The notes under the pieces are model-generated. The model was given only the letters and a program-made list of their open reading frames with translations, did no database searches and was not told the DNA's origin. A DNA stretch of 64,000 nucleotides from Pelomyxa schiedti (lineage: Eukaryota; Protista; Evosea), in assembly GCA_020536535.1 (NCBI GenBank), contig JAHLWZ010000310.1:5805-69804 (forward strand). The letters are read 5' to 3'. The position numbers and the translations under genes were made by a program. Numbering within the stretch: position 1 is the stretch's first letter; each line of letters begins with the position of its first letter. Below are positions 50,143 through 62,853 of this stretch, piece after piece.

Positions 50143-53100
50143 TCAGTCAAGGAATGTATCCGGCTCAATAGCATCCACAGTAGCAATAGGATACTCCTCT
50201 GCCGGACCATCGGGAACTTGTGTGATGATAGTAGCTGTTGGTGTTGCTTCCACAGGCTTTATGATGGATGCACTGAGTTCTATGGGGTGTGTGTTGGGCC
50301 TGGCGCCGAGAGTTACAGTCACTGTGGATAGAAGCTGATATACTTTCTCAATGCTTGTTGTAGCTGTGGTGGCTGCGGCTGTGGATGTGGTTGTTGTTGA
50401 CTCGGATTCTGAAGAACCGGTTTGTTTTGGTGATGAACCATGGCCGAGTGTAAAGGGCTTCTTGCGCCGGATCGCTTGTTGGTCTTCAGTTACCTTAAAG
50501 AGGAATGAATTAAATGATGGTTATTTGGTAATTAATTAATGGGGCACCTCTACTGTTGATGACCCGGAGAGGGAGGAAATAAGTGTGGCTTCGTTCATGT
50601 CGGGTATAAGGAGCCGCATTCGTTTGAAAGATAGTATAAGTGGTATGGATACTCCAGAATCAGGACGGTGCCCCATGTGAGTCCTGCTTTGGGTGAGTAT
50701 TCTATGTGACGGTTCGGGACTAATACCTCATAAACATGTCGTGAGCTAGATTGGAATCACTGAAATAAAACTCAATCTGTTTCCGAATGTCATCCTGATC
50801 TTGGAATGAGAAAGAGTGGTAAAAAAATAAAACTGCAGACATTCTTAGAGCGATCTACAGTAGACCACTTTAATGTCAAAGTGTTGTTCTTTTCATCATA
50901 GTGACTTCCATCGAGGGGCATGTCCTCCATCCAAGTGTTTACTTCAAATCCTATTAAGAGTCAGAGTCGAACCTAAAAACAAAAAGAAACAACCATATTC
51001 CGGGAGGAAAAGCGTAATGTACTTCTCACCCAGTGAAATAATGATAGCGGGGGTGTTCGCTTTTAAAGTAAGGATGGGCATCAAATGTTGAAGAAAATAC
51101 CGGGGCGCTGTTTGAGCAACAATGCAAGAAATAGTTGTGAACTAGAATCACTGGCCTTACGTGCCGCTTGCTTCCGGTCATTACTGGTATTACACATCTT
51201 TGTAAGTTGGATTTCATCGGGAAGGCTGGAAAAGACTGACGCCTCGGCATTCAAGAGGTCCTCATAGAACTAAATACGAAAGATGATCAAGAGGCCATAC
51301 CGCTTTGGAGTTGTCCATTTCGATACTGGCAAGCAAGAAACGGTGTGCAAGGAGGTCGGGATACCTGAATTAATATGAGTCTATCATCGCGACCTTCTAA
51401 AATAATTTACCTCCTGATAGGGGATGTGAAGTGCGTGTAGATATCAACGCCAAGTGCATAATGGTGGGTGTCCACTTTGGTGCCACTGGCGTATTTAGCA
51501 AGCTGGAAAGATTGAGCAGCCAGATGGTCTACAACATCTGAAAGCTCAGGCGATAGTTGAGAAGCGCGTTCACGTGCTCTATCAAGGGATCTGGCATAAT
51601 GATAACTAGACGTGAAATCAATCTTCCCTAATCCCATGTTTTCTAGCATTTGGCTGAATCGAGAGCGCCTGTCAACTTTGGGAGGAGGGTGACTTGAAAA
51701 GTGATTTAGTTTGAAGGGTGAAATTATTTGTGTCATACTGGCGAATAATAGCCATAGGGAAGTGCTTTTGGTTGAACATGGCTACTCTAATGTTGGCTAA
51801 CAACATAAATTCCTCCACTAACTTATTGCTTTCTTTTATGAGATAATGATGAGCTGATACAGGCTGGCCTTTTTCGTCAAGTTTGAACCACAATTTCTTA
51901 TGACTTATTTCGATGCACCCATTCTGCCAAGGTAAGAAAAGTTAGGGTAGGAAAATTCTTACCTCTACTCGTTTTTTTCGAAGTACCATGGCTAAATTGT
52001 TAAGGTTGAGGATGTCACTCACGATATGCTCCACGCTCACTGCTCCAAATGGGCCCAGCATAGGGTTAACCAAATCAGGGTGGCAAGTACTCCAATCGTT
52101 CACAACTCTTCCCTCAATGCAATCCTGCGCCACATCATAGCTCAACTTCGCACAAGACCGAATCTGTTTAAGGTAAATCATGTGCATAGCCAAGCTATGA
52201 ATATACAATGGTTCTTCCAAACCACTCTTGAAGAATTTCTCCAGAGGGTGAAATGACCCATATAGCAGAAAAAGCTAATCTAAAAATTTTATTACCACTG
52301 GGTGTGGTTAAAAAGGTTGATTTAACCTATCTTCATCTGGGTTAAGACTGCAAAGATTGTTTGCCAATGTCTCTGGGAGCATAGGAATGACTCTTTGAAG
52401 TAGATACACACTTGTGCTTCGTTCTTGTGCAACTTTATCAAGAGGGGAACCTGGAGGCACGAAATAGCTTACATCAGCTATGTGCACTCCAACCTTGGGA
52501 GAGGAGTAAATCCGTGTAACTGGACGAGAGAACCGACCTCGAAGTTGCCATCGGGAAGGCTGGTACAAGATAAAGCATCATCCATATCACGACAAGTTAA
52601 GGGATCAATTGTAAAGATTCTGTTGCGCCTTTACTCTTTGAGGGGAAGAAGTGTGTCAATAACCTTTTATTGCGTAAATCTCTTCTTGATGCAATCTCTG
52701 ATGGTGGTATAACCCAAGGAAGTTTAGGAAGAACTTCCAAAGCCCGTGGGGGGAAGGGTGAATCTTCCACGTGGTTTGCCACGAGAATTGACTATCCCAA
52801 AAAAAAAAGGTTAGTACAACCCAAACGAACAGCATCATACTTTTGTTTCTGCTTCAATATCATCACATTGTCCTATAAGCGAAATAAAACTGTGATGGGT
52901 AAACATGATGTCCAGTCTTTATTAATAATACCGAACAGGTGGCCGGCGGTGTTGAGATAACCATGGGCAGTATTTGCCGTGACATAACTTATGTAGGACT
53001 CCTCTCTCAAGGTTCCTTAGATGATCTGGACCCTGTGGTATTCCTAGAGCAGTTTTAATTTCGAACATTCGAATGACTCCAATGGGCAAGTGCTTGTCAA

Positions 53101-55598
53101 TAGGACGGAAAAGTACATAGTTATCCCTCTCACTAAATAAAGTTAAGTGGAGAAGAACATATAAGCAATACACACAGGAATTGGCGGGAATCCATATCAA
53201 GGGGCTCAACGTAACCTACAGTATCCTCTGAATGATGCATCTCATATATCCCCACCACTTTTCCAAGGGGCTGCAAGGTAGTGGTTCGAGCAGCTGTTAT
53301 GAGTTCTTGCTGTTGTAACAGATGTTGCTCACTCGTCTTTTGAGGTGTGGGCTGAGAGACTTTTTCTTCTACTTGGTTTGTCTCTAGATTTGATTGTGCT
53401 TGCAAATCTGGGCATAGTGGTTTGGGGGACTCTGTTTGTTGCGGTTTCTCTGCATTTTCTGGTACTGTAAGGGAGTGAGGAGCCTGTGGCGGGTGAAGGG
53501 GTTCCTGTTCCGTCAGAGGAAGGGAGGGCTGTTTAGGTTCTGGTGCAGGAACTAATTTTTCTTCTGGAGTGAGTGAAAGTTGATTTGTAGGCGAGTCACG
53601 TTGCTCCTCTTCGATAACTTGTTGAGGTAGTTCATTTGTGGTAGACTCTGCAGGTTGAATAGAGCTCAGCATTTTTATCTCTCTTGCTAGCATTTCGTCA
53701 AGATCGCGGTCATTGTTCTCTGTGCAGGTTTCGATTTGACCCTCATCATCGCTTTCCTCCAGCTCCACAACTCCATCTTCCAACTGAGATGTTGAGAGAT
53801 CATTTAAGGAATCGTCTTCCACTTCAACTAAGTTTTCACTGGCATGCTTGAGAGGCTCTGTACGCTAGTAAGCACAAAGTAGAGATGTGACAAAGGGATG
53901 TGTGCCTTCTGGTTGTGCTTTTGATTTCCATGAAGACATGGGATCCAGCTCTAAGACTACTACATCACCATCAAATGCTCGATTGCGGTTCTACACAGCG
54001 GTGAGAAGGTTTTCTTTTTTTGATTTGCGTACTGCAATTGACTCTATGAAAACGTCTTGCGGAAAACCTTCTACTGTGGCATAGGCGTGCATGTAGTTTT
54101 TTGCATTAACACGAAGTGCTCCAAGGACAACGCTTCCCGCCTAGATGGGTGTGAGTTTCTTTAAATTGATTTAGGTCAAACCTTTAATCTTTGCTCAGCG
54201 GTAGCTGAATCAAGATGTTCAGGGAAGAACTTCCGCGCTATAGTTGTTGTTAGATCGCAATAACATAGACAACGCACCATGTTTATTGCGCTCACGATTG
54301 TCAAACGATGGGGAAAATTGATTGGAAGGCATCCTTCGACCACGTGGTCCCTGTTGTTGGAAATTACCATACGGTGCTCCTCTTTGGTTCCAGTATTGCC
54401 GGCCATTCTGATTGTTCTGCATGTAATACATAGGATTGCCTTGCTGAACTGCAGTATTATTTGCATATTGAGGTTGACTAGTCACCTGTTGTGGCTGTTG
54501 CATGATAGTGTAATGCTGTGGAGGGCTTGACAACGACTTTTGAATCAAAAACTGGTTTTGATGAGGAAGGTTGGACTCCTGTTGAGGCATAGGACTGAGT
54601 GTGTGCTGAGGCATTGCGGGCATGGTCTGTTGGGGAGCCATGGCAGTGAAGGTGGATTGGGGCACAGCATTGCATTGAGAAGGAAACACATTATATTGCT
54701 GTTGGGGATAGGCACCTAGCTGTTGCTGAGGAAACTGCTGCTGAGGAAACGAATTATATGCCTGCTGCTGGTTGATGAAAGGCTGCTGCTGTACCGGAAC
54801 TTGCTGCACCGCCGACCTGGAGTTCTGGAACTGACTTGGCATGCTCAGATTAGAATTTGGCTTATGCACAATGGAAATGCAGATGGACTTCTTGGTTTCG
54901 ACGCCCTGCGGCGTGGCCCGTTGCTGCTGCAGCTGGTTCACGAGCTGAGATTGCAACACCTGATTTGGATCCTGCTGGTGGCCCTGGGGTCTCGGCTGAG
55001 ATATAAGAAGGGAATTGGTCTGCTGCTGAAGCTGCTGAGTGTATCCCACAGTCCCCGGCTGCGCTTGCGGGTAGAACCTCTGCTGCGCCTGCCCATAATT
55101 GTAATTCGCGGGGGAAGGGGGAGCGTACTGGAAAGTAGACGGCTGCAACTGCGGCTGCTGGACTTGCATTTGTTGCTGCTGCTGTGGGACATATCCACAG
55201 TTACTAATATAGGAGCTAGTGGGGGCCTGGTAGTTGTAGTTTGAAGTACCACAATTACCCCCTGATGCCATTGGCATGTTTCCGGTTCTCCCATAAGTGT
55301 GGTTTTGTTGCTGCGGCGTGTAGCCGTAATTCGTTGAACAGGCTCCCTGTGGGACCCCCGTGGAATGCTGAGAAGCAGGAGGAAACGACGACGTTTGTGC
55401 GTTTGTGTAGTTGTTGGTGTAGTAACTGTTGGATTGCTGTGGTTGTTGTTGGTTCCACTGAGTGTTTGCGTTCGGGGCGCTGGGGGACATTATGGGAGGG
55501 GGCGAGGGCGAGTAGTAGTACCCCTGTTGTTGTTGGGGTTGTTGCTGGTTGTACGCGGCACCAGAGGTCGCCATCACGTGGCCCCCGCGGTACATCAT
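50143..55598 (-). CDS. DIS3L2: DIS3L2-like RNase II/RNB 3'-5' exoribonuclease with a Q-rich N-terminus and an inserted La motif (multi-exon)
   Basis: No PIN domain; [15 protein letters not shown]; [60 protein letters not shown]...[18 protein letters not shown]. Confidence 0.88.
50452..50794 (-). other. La motif (LaM) coding segment, 3 exons, within the DIS3L2 C-terminus
   Basis: Spliced: [82 protein letters not shown]. Confidence 0.82.
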
Positions 55599-55882
55599 CC
55601 GTAATGGACGCTGGTAGGGCTTAGTCTACGCTATTATGGGCACAGTTCGCGTGTAACTACGAGGGGGGCGCAGGGCGTGGTCGCGGTGGGTATCGAATAG
55701 GCTCTTATCGCGTTCGATCTGATCAGATCAGGAATTGGAACTCCCAGCACCGTGGGATTCTTGAAAGCACTACGCAACAGATGCAACCCATCCTCTCTCC
55801 ACCCTCCCTCCTTCCCAGCTTTGAACCAATCCCCCATCATCAACCAGATAGAGATACGGAACCGAATCGTTGGGTGTAGGGA

Positions 55883-56470
55883 ATGGACAACTTCAAGGAT
55901 GTGCGGGCGGCGATGACGTGGCGAGCGAAGTTGTTTGGGTGCACTGAAGACACTGAGTCCTGTGCGCGTGCATTTGTTGTTGCTGTTATCATTATTAGTC
56001 TAACACTTATTGTGGGAGAGCGTCGCTCTCGTCTAACAGGGCACTTGGGTAGGTTTGTTTTCTTGGTTCTTGCCTTGTGTGCAATATGGGAGGAATGTGG
56101 AATCACTTGGGGAGGGCATTGTTGGTGACAGGTGTGGCAACACTTCCCACTTCCCAATAACTAGAATCCTCAATCCAACGCCTTTTTTTTCTTTGCTCAG
56201 GTGCCAGGAGAATTGCTGTGCGTACACTGCGTTGATGCTGTGTGGCCTCAGTGTAATTGCTTCATGCACTCAAAGGGTCTCAGTAAGGAACAAATATAAA
56301 ATCGAGGTATTGTCTCCTCTTTACCTTTTACCTTGTTTTCAACCAACCAAACATAGGGCAGCTCTCTTGTAGATTTCGGGTTGTCATATTGCTGCTGGTG
56401 TTTTGTTCTATCCCAAAATCACCGTGAGATGTTCCATCCAGATAGGCTCATGGAAGGCAACGCTGTGTGA
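55883..56470 (+). CDS. PLAC8/cornifelin-family Cys-rich protein (multi-exon)
   Basis: WRAKLFGCTED, FLPCVQYGRN, RVSVRNKYKIEGS, CCWCFVLSQNHRE. Confidence 0.85.
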
Positions 56471-56683
56471 ATGTAATCCACGATCGTGGAAAAACTCCTG
56501 TATCTAATTATAATATTCTCATATTCACTTTTCCGTTGAGATGATGTCTCATTTAGCACCAGTAATGCAGATGGGGGATGGAGATGGTGTGCTTCCATTA
56601 CACCGCATAACTCCTACGTAGTAGTTTCCTCTTTGGCTTGGATTTCCAGTAACTGGAATTGCGGGATCTCTATCAATTTCGTG

Positions 56684-58882
56684 ATGGCAACCACGACACC
56701 GAAACTACGAGAGGCGTGCAGGGTACTCACCATCTCACGAGTGTCGTGGGACTACGCCATCCAGCCTGTCCTCGCCAGCTCCTTCCGATCCCTCGAGCGC
56801 GACGACGTGGTGTGGGCGTTCCGCGCGGCCTCGGCCCTGTTCCCCCTCGTCGCCCTCGTGTGCCGCGGCGTCGCCGCCGCCCCCGCGGTGCTCAAGCGCC
56901 CCGGCGACGAGTACCCGGAGCCACACTCGCGACACTGGGACTTGCGGTGCGCGGCCCTCGCGGGGAGCACCACGTGCATCGCGTGGATGCTGAGGCACAA
57001 GCCCACGACCAACAACGCGAAGGACTGCCTGGGGGTGCTGTGGGGGCTCTGCGGCGGCGGTCACCTCGCGCTGGCCAAGCAGCTCGTCGACGGGGACGAC
57101 GCCGACGCTGGGACGGATAAGCGCGGGGCCGGCGGCCTCGGCTGCGATTATGGGCGGAGGGCCAACGCGAGGTGGGTGAGGGAATCAGGGCTGGAGTGGC
57201 CTGTCTGTGCCAACGGGCTCAGGGACGAGGTCAGGGAAGTAGTGGTGACCCGGGGGGGGGATGACACGTTGATGTCAGTGGTGTGTGCGGGTGGGCACAT
57301 CGACACCGCCAAGTGGGTTGTTGAGAGGTTCGGGCTCAAGGAGAGCTGGGAGCTTGCGGCCCCGTTCATGGCCGCCGTGCGCGCTGGGAAGCTCGAGGTG
57401 GCCAAGTGGCTGTGTTCCTCGTTCGGAGTAGTTTGGGCTGTAAACATGCTTGGCCTGAATTATCCAGCTGACCTCAGTGTTGGTGGCGATTTGGAGATGA
57501 TCAAGTGGCTGGTCGAGGTTTTCCCAGACAGCTGGAAATGGGAGAAGGACGCGAAAACGTGCACGCCGCTGGTGCTGTGTGATGTCATGAACAACAGGGA
57601 CATCACACTGAAGGAGAGAATCGAGGCTTTCCAGTGGATCAAGTCCTACTTCTCCTTTGACCAGGAGGCAATCCAGAATGCTTCTCTCCAAAGGATAACA
57701 AACGTGGAATCACTCAAGTGGTTGGTGGAGACTCACGGGGTGGTGCTCAGCGATGCGTTGTTGTCAGTGCTGTGGTGGAAAAGTGTTGAGGGTGTCGAGT
57801 CTGTTGAGTGGCTTGTAAAGCACCACCGAATGTCATTGACAGTGGCTACTTTCGTTGGAGCTTGCAGAAACATCAAAGATGACTTGCACTGTGTCAAGGT
57901 TCTGTCACAGGTTGTTGATCTCCCGCCAACCAGCCCTGATGAGGCTCTTGTTGTAGCCCTCGCCACTGGGAACATGAAAATCGCGAACTGGCTGGAATCG
58001 AGCTTCCATGTCCTGGAGAAAAACATCAAATCCAGTCCAGAAAGGGTAAATTCCACTCTTGGTGAGCTCTGCACGCGTTCTGGCAACCATTGTGACACAA
58101 GGGCCATCAAGTGGTTCTTCCAGCAGGTCCCGGCACCAGTTATTCAGGAGGACACTGTGACTGGTCTGATTTTCAAACGCAGGGTCCGTTTCTCGATCTT
58201 GGAGTTCTTGCTTGGCTTCTTCCACTTGCCAGCCATCTCTTCCTTATGGGCTGAAGTGAGGTGGAGTAAAGTTCTAGTGGTAGCACTTTACACTGGCTGG
58301 AGCCCTCTCACCAGTTTGCTTGTCACACAGGGGGCCTCCCCGTTGAAGAGGTTGCACGTGCCATTATGATGGCTGGATCACATTACTACTCTGGTTCAGT
58401 CATCAAACGCTTGATACAGGAGTATGACATGGGCCAGAAACTGAGAGAATTCGGTGTCATAGCCAAGTTGATTGTAGCAAATAAAACAAGCTGTGCAGAG
58501 TGGTTCATCTCCAACTTTCACGTGTCTTTGGAAGAGGTGTGACTCTGGGGTTAATTAACACAGTTCTCACAAACCCCAAACAACCACCAAAAAAAACCCC
58601 TAGTTAGCTGGCTGTCATGTGTCTCTAGCAATGTGGAAGATGCTTCTCAGGGTGTTCCCAGAAATCACAGCTGACTTTGCATGCCAAAGAATGGCTGGTT
58701 CAACACTGTCATCACCCATTCACATTGAATATGTGAGGAGGAATCTTGGGCTCACACATGATCACATCATGCACTTGGTTCAAGCAAAGCCTGGCCTCCT
58801 ATTCCCTGCTTCCAAAGAAACTGAGTTGTGGCTCCACAAGTACCTCATTTCCCACCACCAACACAAAGAAAGCAACCACTAA
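56684..58882 (+). CDS. Divergent ankyrin-repeat-like protein (lineage-expanded type); start and 3' splicing uncertain
   Basis: Repeats CGGGHLALAKQL, CAGGHIDTAKWV, RAGKLEVAKWL, GGDLEMIKWL, ATGNMKIANWL. Confidence 0.65.
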
Positions 58883-59051
58883 ACCCCGATTAATTACATT
58901 TTTTCATGTTCAGTCAGAGCTCTGCGATCACCCCTTTCCTGAATAACAAAAAGACCGGGAATCTACTGGTTTTTTGAATGGCATGTGTCAATACAGCCCT
59001 GCTCTCACCCCTCATAAACTCCTTGTGAGGTCATTACCACGCCAAAGGTCA

Positions 59052-60251
59052 ATGAGTTCCGACGGCGGAGGGGGCGAAGCGTCGAGGGGTCCGTGCCCCA
59101 AGCGGCCCCGCGTCGTCGCCTCTGCGTCTGGGTCTGGGTCTGGATCTGGAGGTGAATGTGCCGATGACGTGGTGGCTGTGAAACTTCGCCGGGGACACAA
59201 CGCGGAAGGCGTGCGGTCCACGATATCCGATGCAGTTGCTTACTTGGATGTGCTGTCGTTCTCGGCGGAACAGGTGTGTGCGTGCCCCCGCCCTTTCAGT
59301 TTGTTTTCATGCCGAGGAAAGAGCATGAAGGACGTGACTGCTGATATTGATGCACGACTTGATGATCTCAGAGCTTTTCTGGAGAGTAAGGTTGAAAGCA
59401 AAAGAGTTGAATTGAAGAAACAGGCAAGCGAATATTTAAAAGTGTGTATAGGGGGACAATTGGGCATGAATTCAACACAACCTAGATGTCACTTGACAAG
59501 CTTAGAGTGCTAAACACAACTGCCTTCGACGGGAAACAAAGAGTACGTTTTCTTCAATTTGCCTTCCTAATGTCCTCCACTTGAAGCTTTTTTACCCAAA
59601 AGAACGGATGCTGAATATGTTAGGGAAGTCTATAAATGGCATTTCCGTTGTGTATGGTGAGGTTCTTCCTCTTCTATTTTCTTGATTGTTTAACTTGGTG
59701 CAAGGAACACGCATAACAGACCTTCCCATGCCCGTTTTGGTGCACATCATCAAGTATCTACCACCGTATTCTATCGTCGCACTGCGTGCTGTTGGCTTAC
59801 AGTTTTGGGACGCAGTTCGTGAAGGTTCACCGCTCTTCCTTTCACTGCAATTTACTGATGCTGATGTACGCCAGCAACGAGCACTAGATGCATTTTATCC
59901 ACAAATGTTGTACGGACCGCGGACGGCTGGAAGCTGTCGGGAGGCAAAACCATTGAGACTCCAACGGGTGACTTCAAGTTCAAAGTGAGATTCACGCCGG
60001 GAATGAGGGTCGACATCATACTTACCAAGAAGAAGCTCTACGCGCAAGGCAAGGTCTTCACAATCAAAACCACAGGCACAAACAAGGTGCATTGTAGGCT
60101 GTCGCGGTCCGAAGTGGCTGAAATGAGCAAGGGAATGTATTGGACAACCACTCTACAGCAGTTCACCAAACCCCCAGACAGATTCCCCCTCACAATCAAA
60201 GTACTTCAGAACGACTCTGCTGATGACGAGACGTCACGCCTTGATCACTAG
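59052..60251 (+). CDS. F-box domain protein (multi-exon)
   Basis: ITDLPMPVLVHIIKYLPPYSIVALRAV. An intron beginning GTTCAC near 59825 and ending ...ACGCCAG joins it to the 59985-60251 frame. Confidence 0.6.
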
Positions 60252-60325
60252 TAAAAATCTTTCTTAAAAAAAATGTTGCATAGGCAACTCTTGACCAAAT
60301 CAGCTCTGTTTTTTACCTGTCCATG

Positions 60326-61700
60326 TCACTCAAAAGAGTCTATACCCGGACTTTGTGTGGCCTCCACATCTGATCTTGTGTCAGAGTAGGAAGCATCATC
60401 ATCAGGATGCAGGATGGTGTCCAGTTCATCCTGGGACCCTGGGTGACCATGTGATGCTGCCAGCCTGTGCCACCTGATGGATTCCCGCAAGTCCTGTGGC
60501 TCATAGTACAGGCCCAAGTGGTGCTGCGCTAGCAGTGAGCCCGTCATTGCTGCCCTGTGAAGGAGCCTCATTTCCTCTGGTGTGTCTGGTGTGAGCCCAC
60601 CGAGGGATTCCTGCATGCACCACACAAGTTCAGTTGTGGCCCATGTGCACCCTCTGGAGTCAGCAATGCGGAAGTACCTGACTGCCTCGGTTTGGTCATT
60701 GGTCACTCCTGTTGCATCCTGGTAGCAGCGGGCCAGCTTGTATGGTGCATAGGGGTTGCCCAGTTCAGTGGATTTCAGGAAATAACTCATGGCTTTTGGG
60801 CCATCCTCTTCTGTTTCAAAATCCAGGTTGTCTCCATCACCATGATAGAATCTTATGCCAAAGTAGTGCAGGCACCAGTGGTTCCTCAAGTTCAGTCCAT
60901 AAAGCCTATCTCCCTCTGCACTGTCTTCAGCAACCCCAATGCCCCTGCTGTACAGAACGCCAATTAAGAACAGAGCAGTGGAAGAGAGGTCATTGGTTGG
61001 AGGGGAAGTAGTGTCAGGGCATAATCCCGTTAGAACTTTCCAGAGAAACCAGTGGGATGAAGGTGAGCACCGCGAGCAGAGCTTAATGAAAGTAGTCCAG
61101 GGCTCGTCCACTAGTATCGGCTTATCAAATAAATCCGGCTGCATGGCCCATACATATCTCAGCAGTAATAAAGCAATGGCATCGGAAACCACACGCCGGC
61201 CGGTTGTAGTCGAAGTAGTTGGGAGTTGCTTGCAATTAGCAATTTGCTGAGGTGAAAAGGAGATTCCGGCCCTGTTCAGCATTGACCCACACAGCTCTAA
61301 GCACCCGGCATAGTCCCCACCACAGTACCGCGTTATTGCACGCACCGCGATGCCTTCCTCAGCACCTGTTAATTAAGTTTGGGGTGTGGTCAGTAACTTG
61401 GCTATCTCGAGTCATCATCTTCCCAACGCGATCAAAGCAGGCAGGCACACTTGTATCCACCAACAGCGCGGCGGGGCCCACGTCGCGGGGCAGCAGCGTC
61501 ACGCGGCCACACGCGCAGCACGTCAGGCGCGACAGCGTCGGCTGCCCTTGGTTGGTTCCCCTGGCCCCGCACAGTGGTTCAGCTTGGATGGATGCGGTTG
61601 CGCTACCACAGCTGGTACTGGTACTGGGACTGGGACTGGGACTGGGACTGGGAGCGGTGGCGGTGGTCACCGTCATGCGGTCGGCACAGGGCATGCACAC
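60326..61700 (-). CDS. Sel1-repeat protein
   Basis: ALFLIGVLYSRGIGVAED, AMSYFLKSTELGNPYAPYKLARCYQDATGV, AQHHLGLYY, RWHRLAASHGHPGSQ. Confidence 0.8.
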
Positions 61701-62099
61701 ACGGTGGCCGCACTGCGGGGGGCGTCACGTGTGTGTTGTGTTGGAGGGGAGAACAACGACGCGGCGCACACACACACACCTGGAGAGTAACAATGTCGGA
61801 TGAGGCACATTGGCTGCTGTTGCTGTGTTGATGGCTCGATTCACACGCGCACCACGACATTTCCTCAAAGATGTCGTTCCCGTCAGGAAGCGATACGGGC
61901 CGAACTCCAAAAAAAAAAAATCTCAGTTCGATTTGTATGTTATCTCATCGAGTGCGCTCGTATCCGCGATACTAATATCATCATTGAAGTCTGTCAGACT
62001 GAGAATTAAATAGTCCGAGAAAAAAAAGGTTGTTGGAGTTTCGTTTCGAACGAACGTTATGGGACTGACTGCAACACAGCTGGGAATTTTGGGAGCCGC

Positions 62100-62820
62100 A
62101 TGTCCTCAACGACCGGTGGTAGTGGCAGTGGCGCTGATCTGGTGCCGAGCATTATGGGAGACTTGCCCTGCGTGATGACCACGGTCGTGCCCGAAACTTA
62201 TCGCGACATGTTTGGTCACATGTGTGTTTGTAAGGCTAAATAATATAATTAATAATAAACTAATTACAATTTTGAAAATGAGATTATTGTTGGTGATTTT
62301 TTAACTGTTGTTTAAATAGGAACATAAGATATTATATGGCACTGTATGATGAGGCAGAGTGGGAGATGTACACTCACATGGGAATGTCCAAGGCATATCT
62401 GGAAGAACACGGAATTTTCGACCTTACTCACCATGTTCAGTACATACACGAGGTCTGCCACCAATTAATATGTACACGCCCATTGATTTACTATTCAAAT
62501 TCAGGTTAGGGTGGGGCACAGTGTGTCTATTTACTTCCGCGTTTTGGGAAAGTCAATCAGTGCCAAGAGAGTATTTGCCTATTACTTTTTTTGTACCGGA
62601 ACTTACTTCTTACCAGGTTCATGTAATGCTCTTCATGGTGAATAACACAACCAACACTCTTGCATCAACTCTTGAATGTCTGTTCATGCACACCGACCTA
62701 TCGACAAGGAGGTCTTCATGCTTTCTACCCACAATACTGCAGCAGATTAACTCCAGTATCTCCCATGACAAGGCACTGACTTGGGCCGCCCCAGTGTGCG
62801 GGTCCATGGACCCCAAATAA
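62100..62820 (+). CDS. 4HBT-like hot-dog-fold acyl-CoA thioesterase (3 introns)
   Basis: Spliced: VVPETYRDMFGHM|NIRYYMALYDEA...HHVQYIHE|VRVGHSV...MHTDLSTRRS...WAAPVCGSMDPK*. Confidence 0.8.
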
Positions 62821-62853
62821 CAGTCACCCCAAAAAAAAAACTGGTTTTTTTAG

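Noticed and set aside
59686-60251. Apparent frameshift between ORFs 59686-59988 and 59985-60251
   Set aside because: Resolved by an ordinary GT-AG intron ending at ...ACGCCAG.
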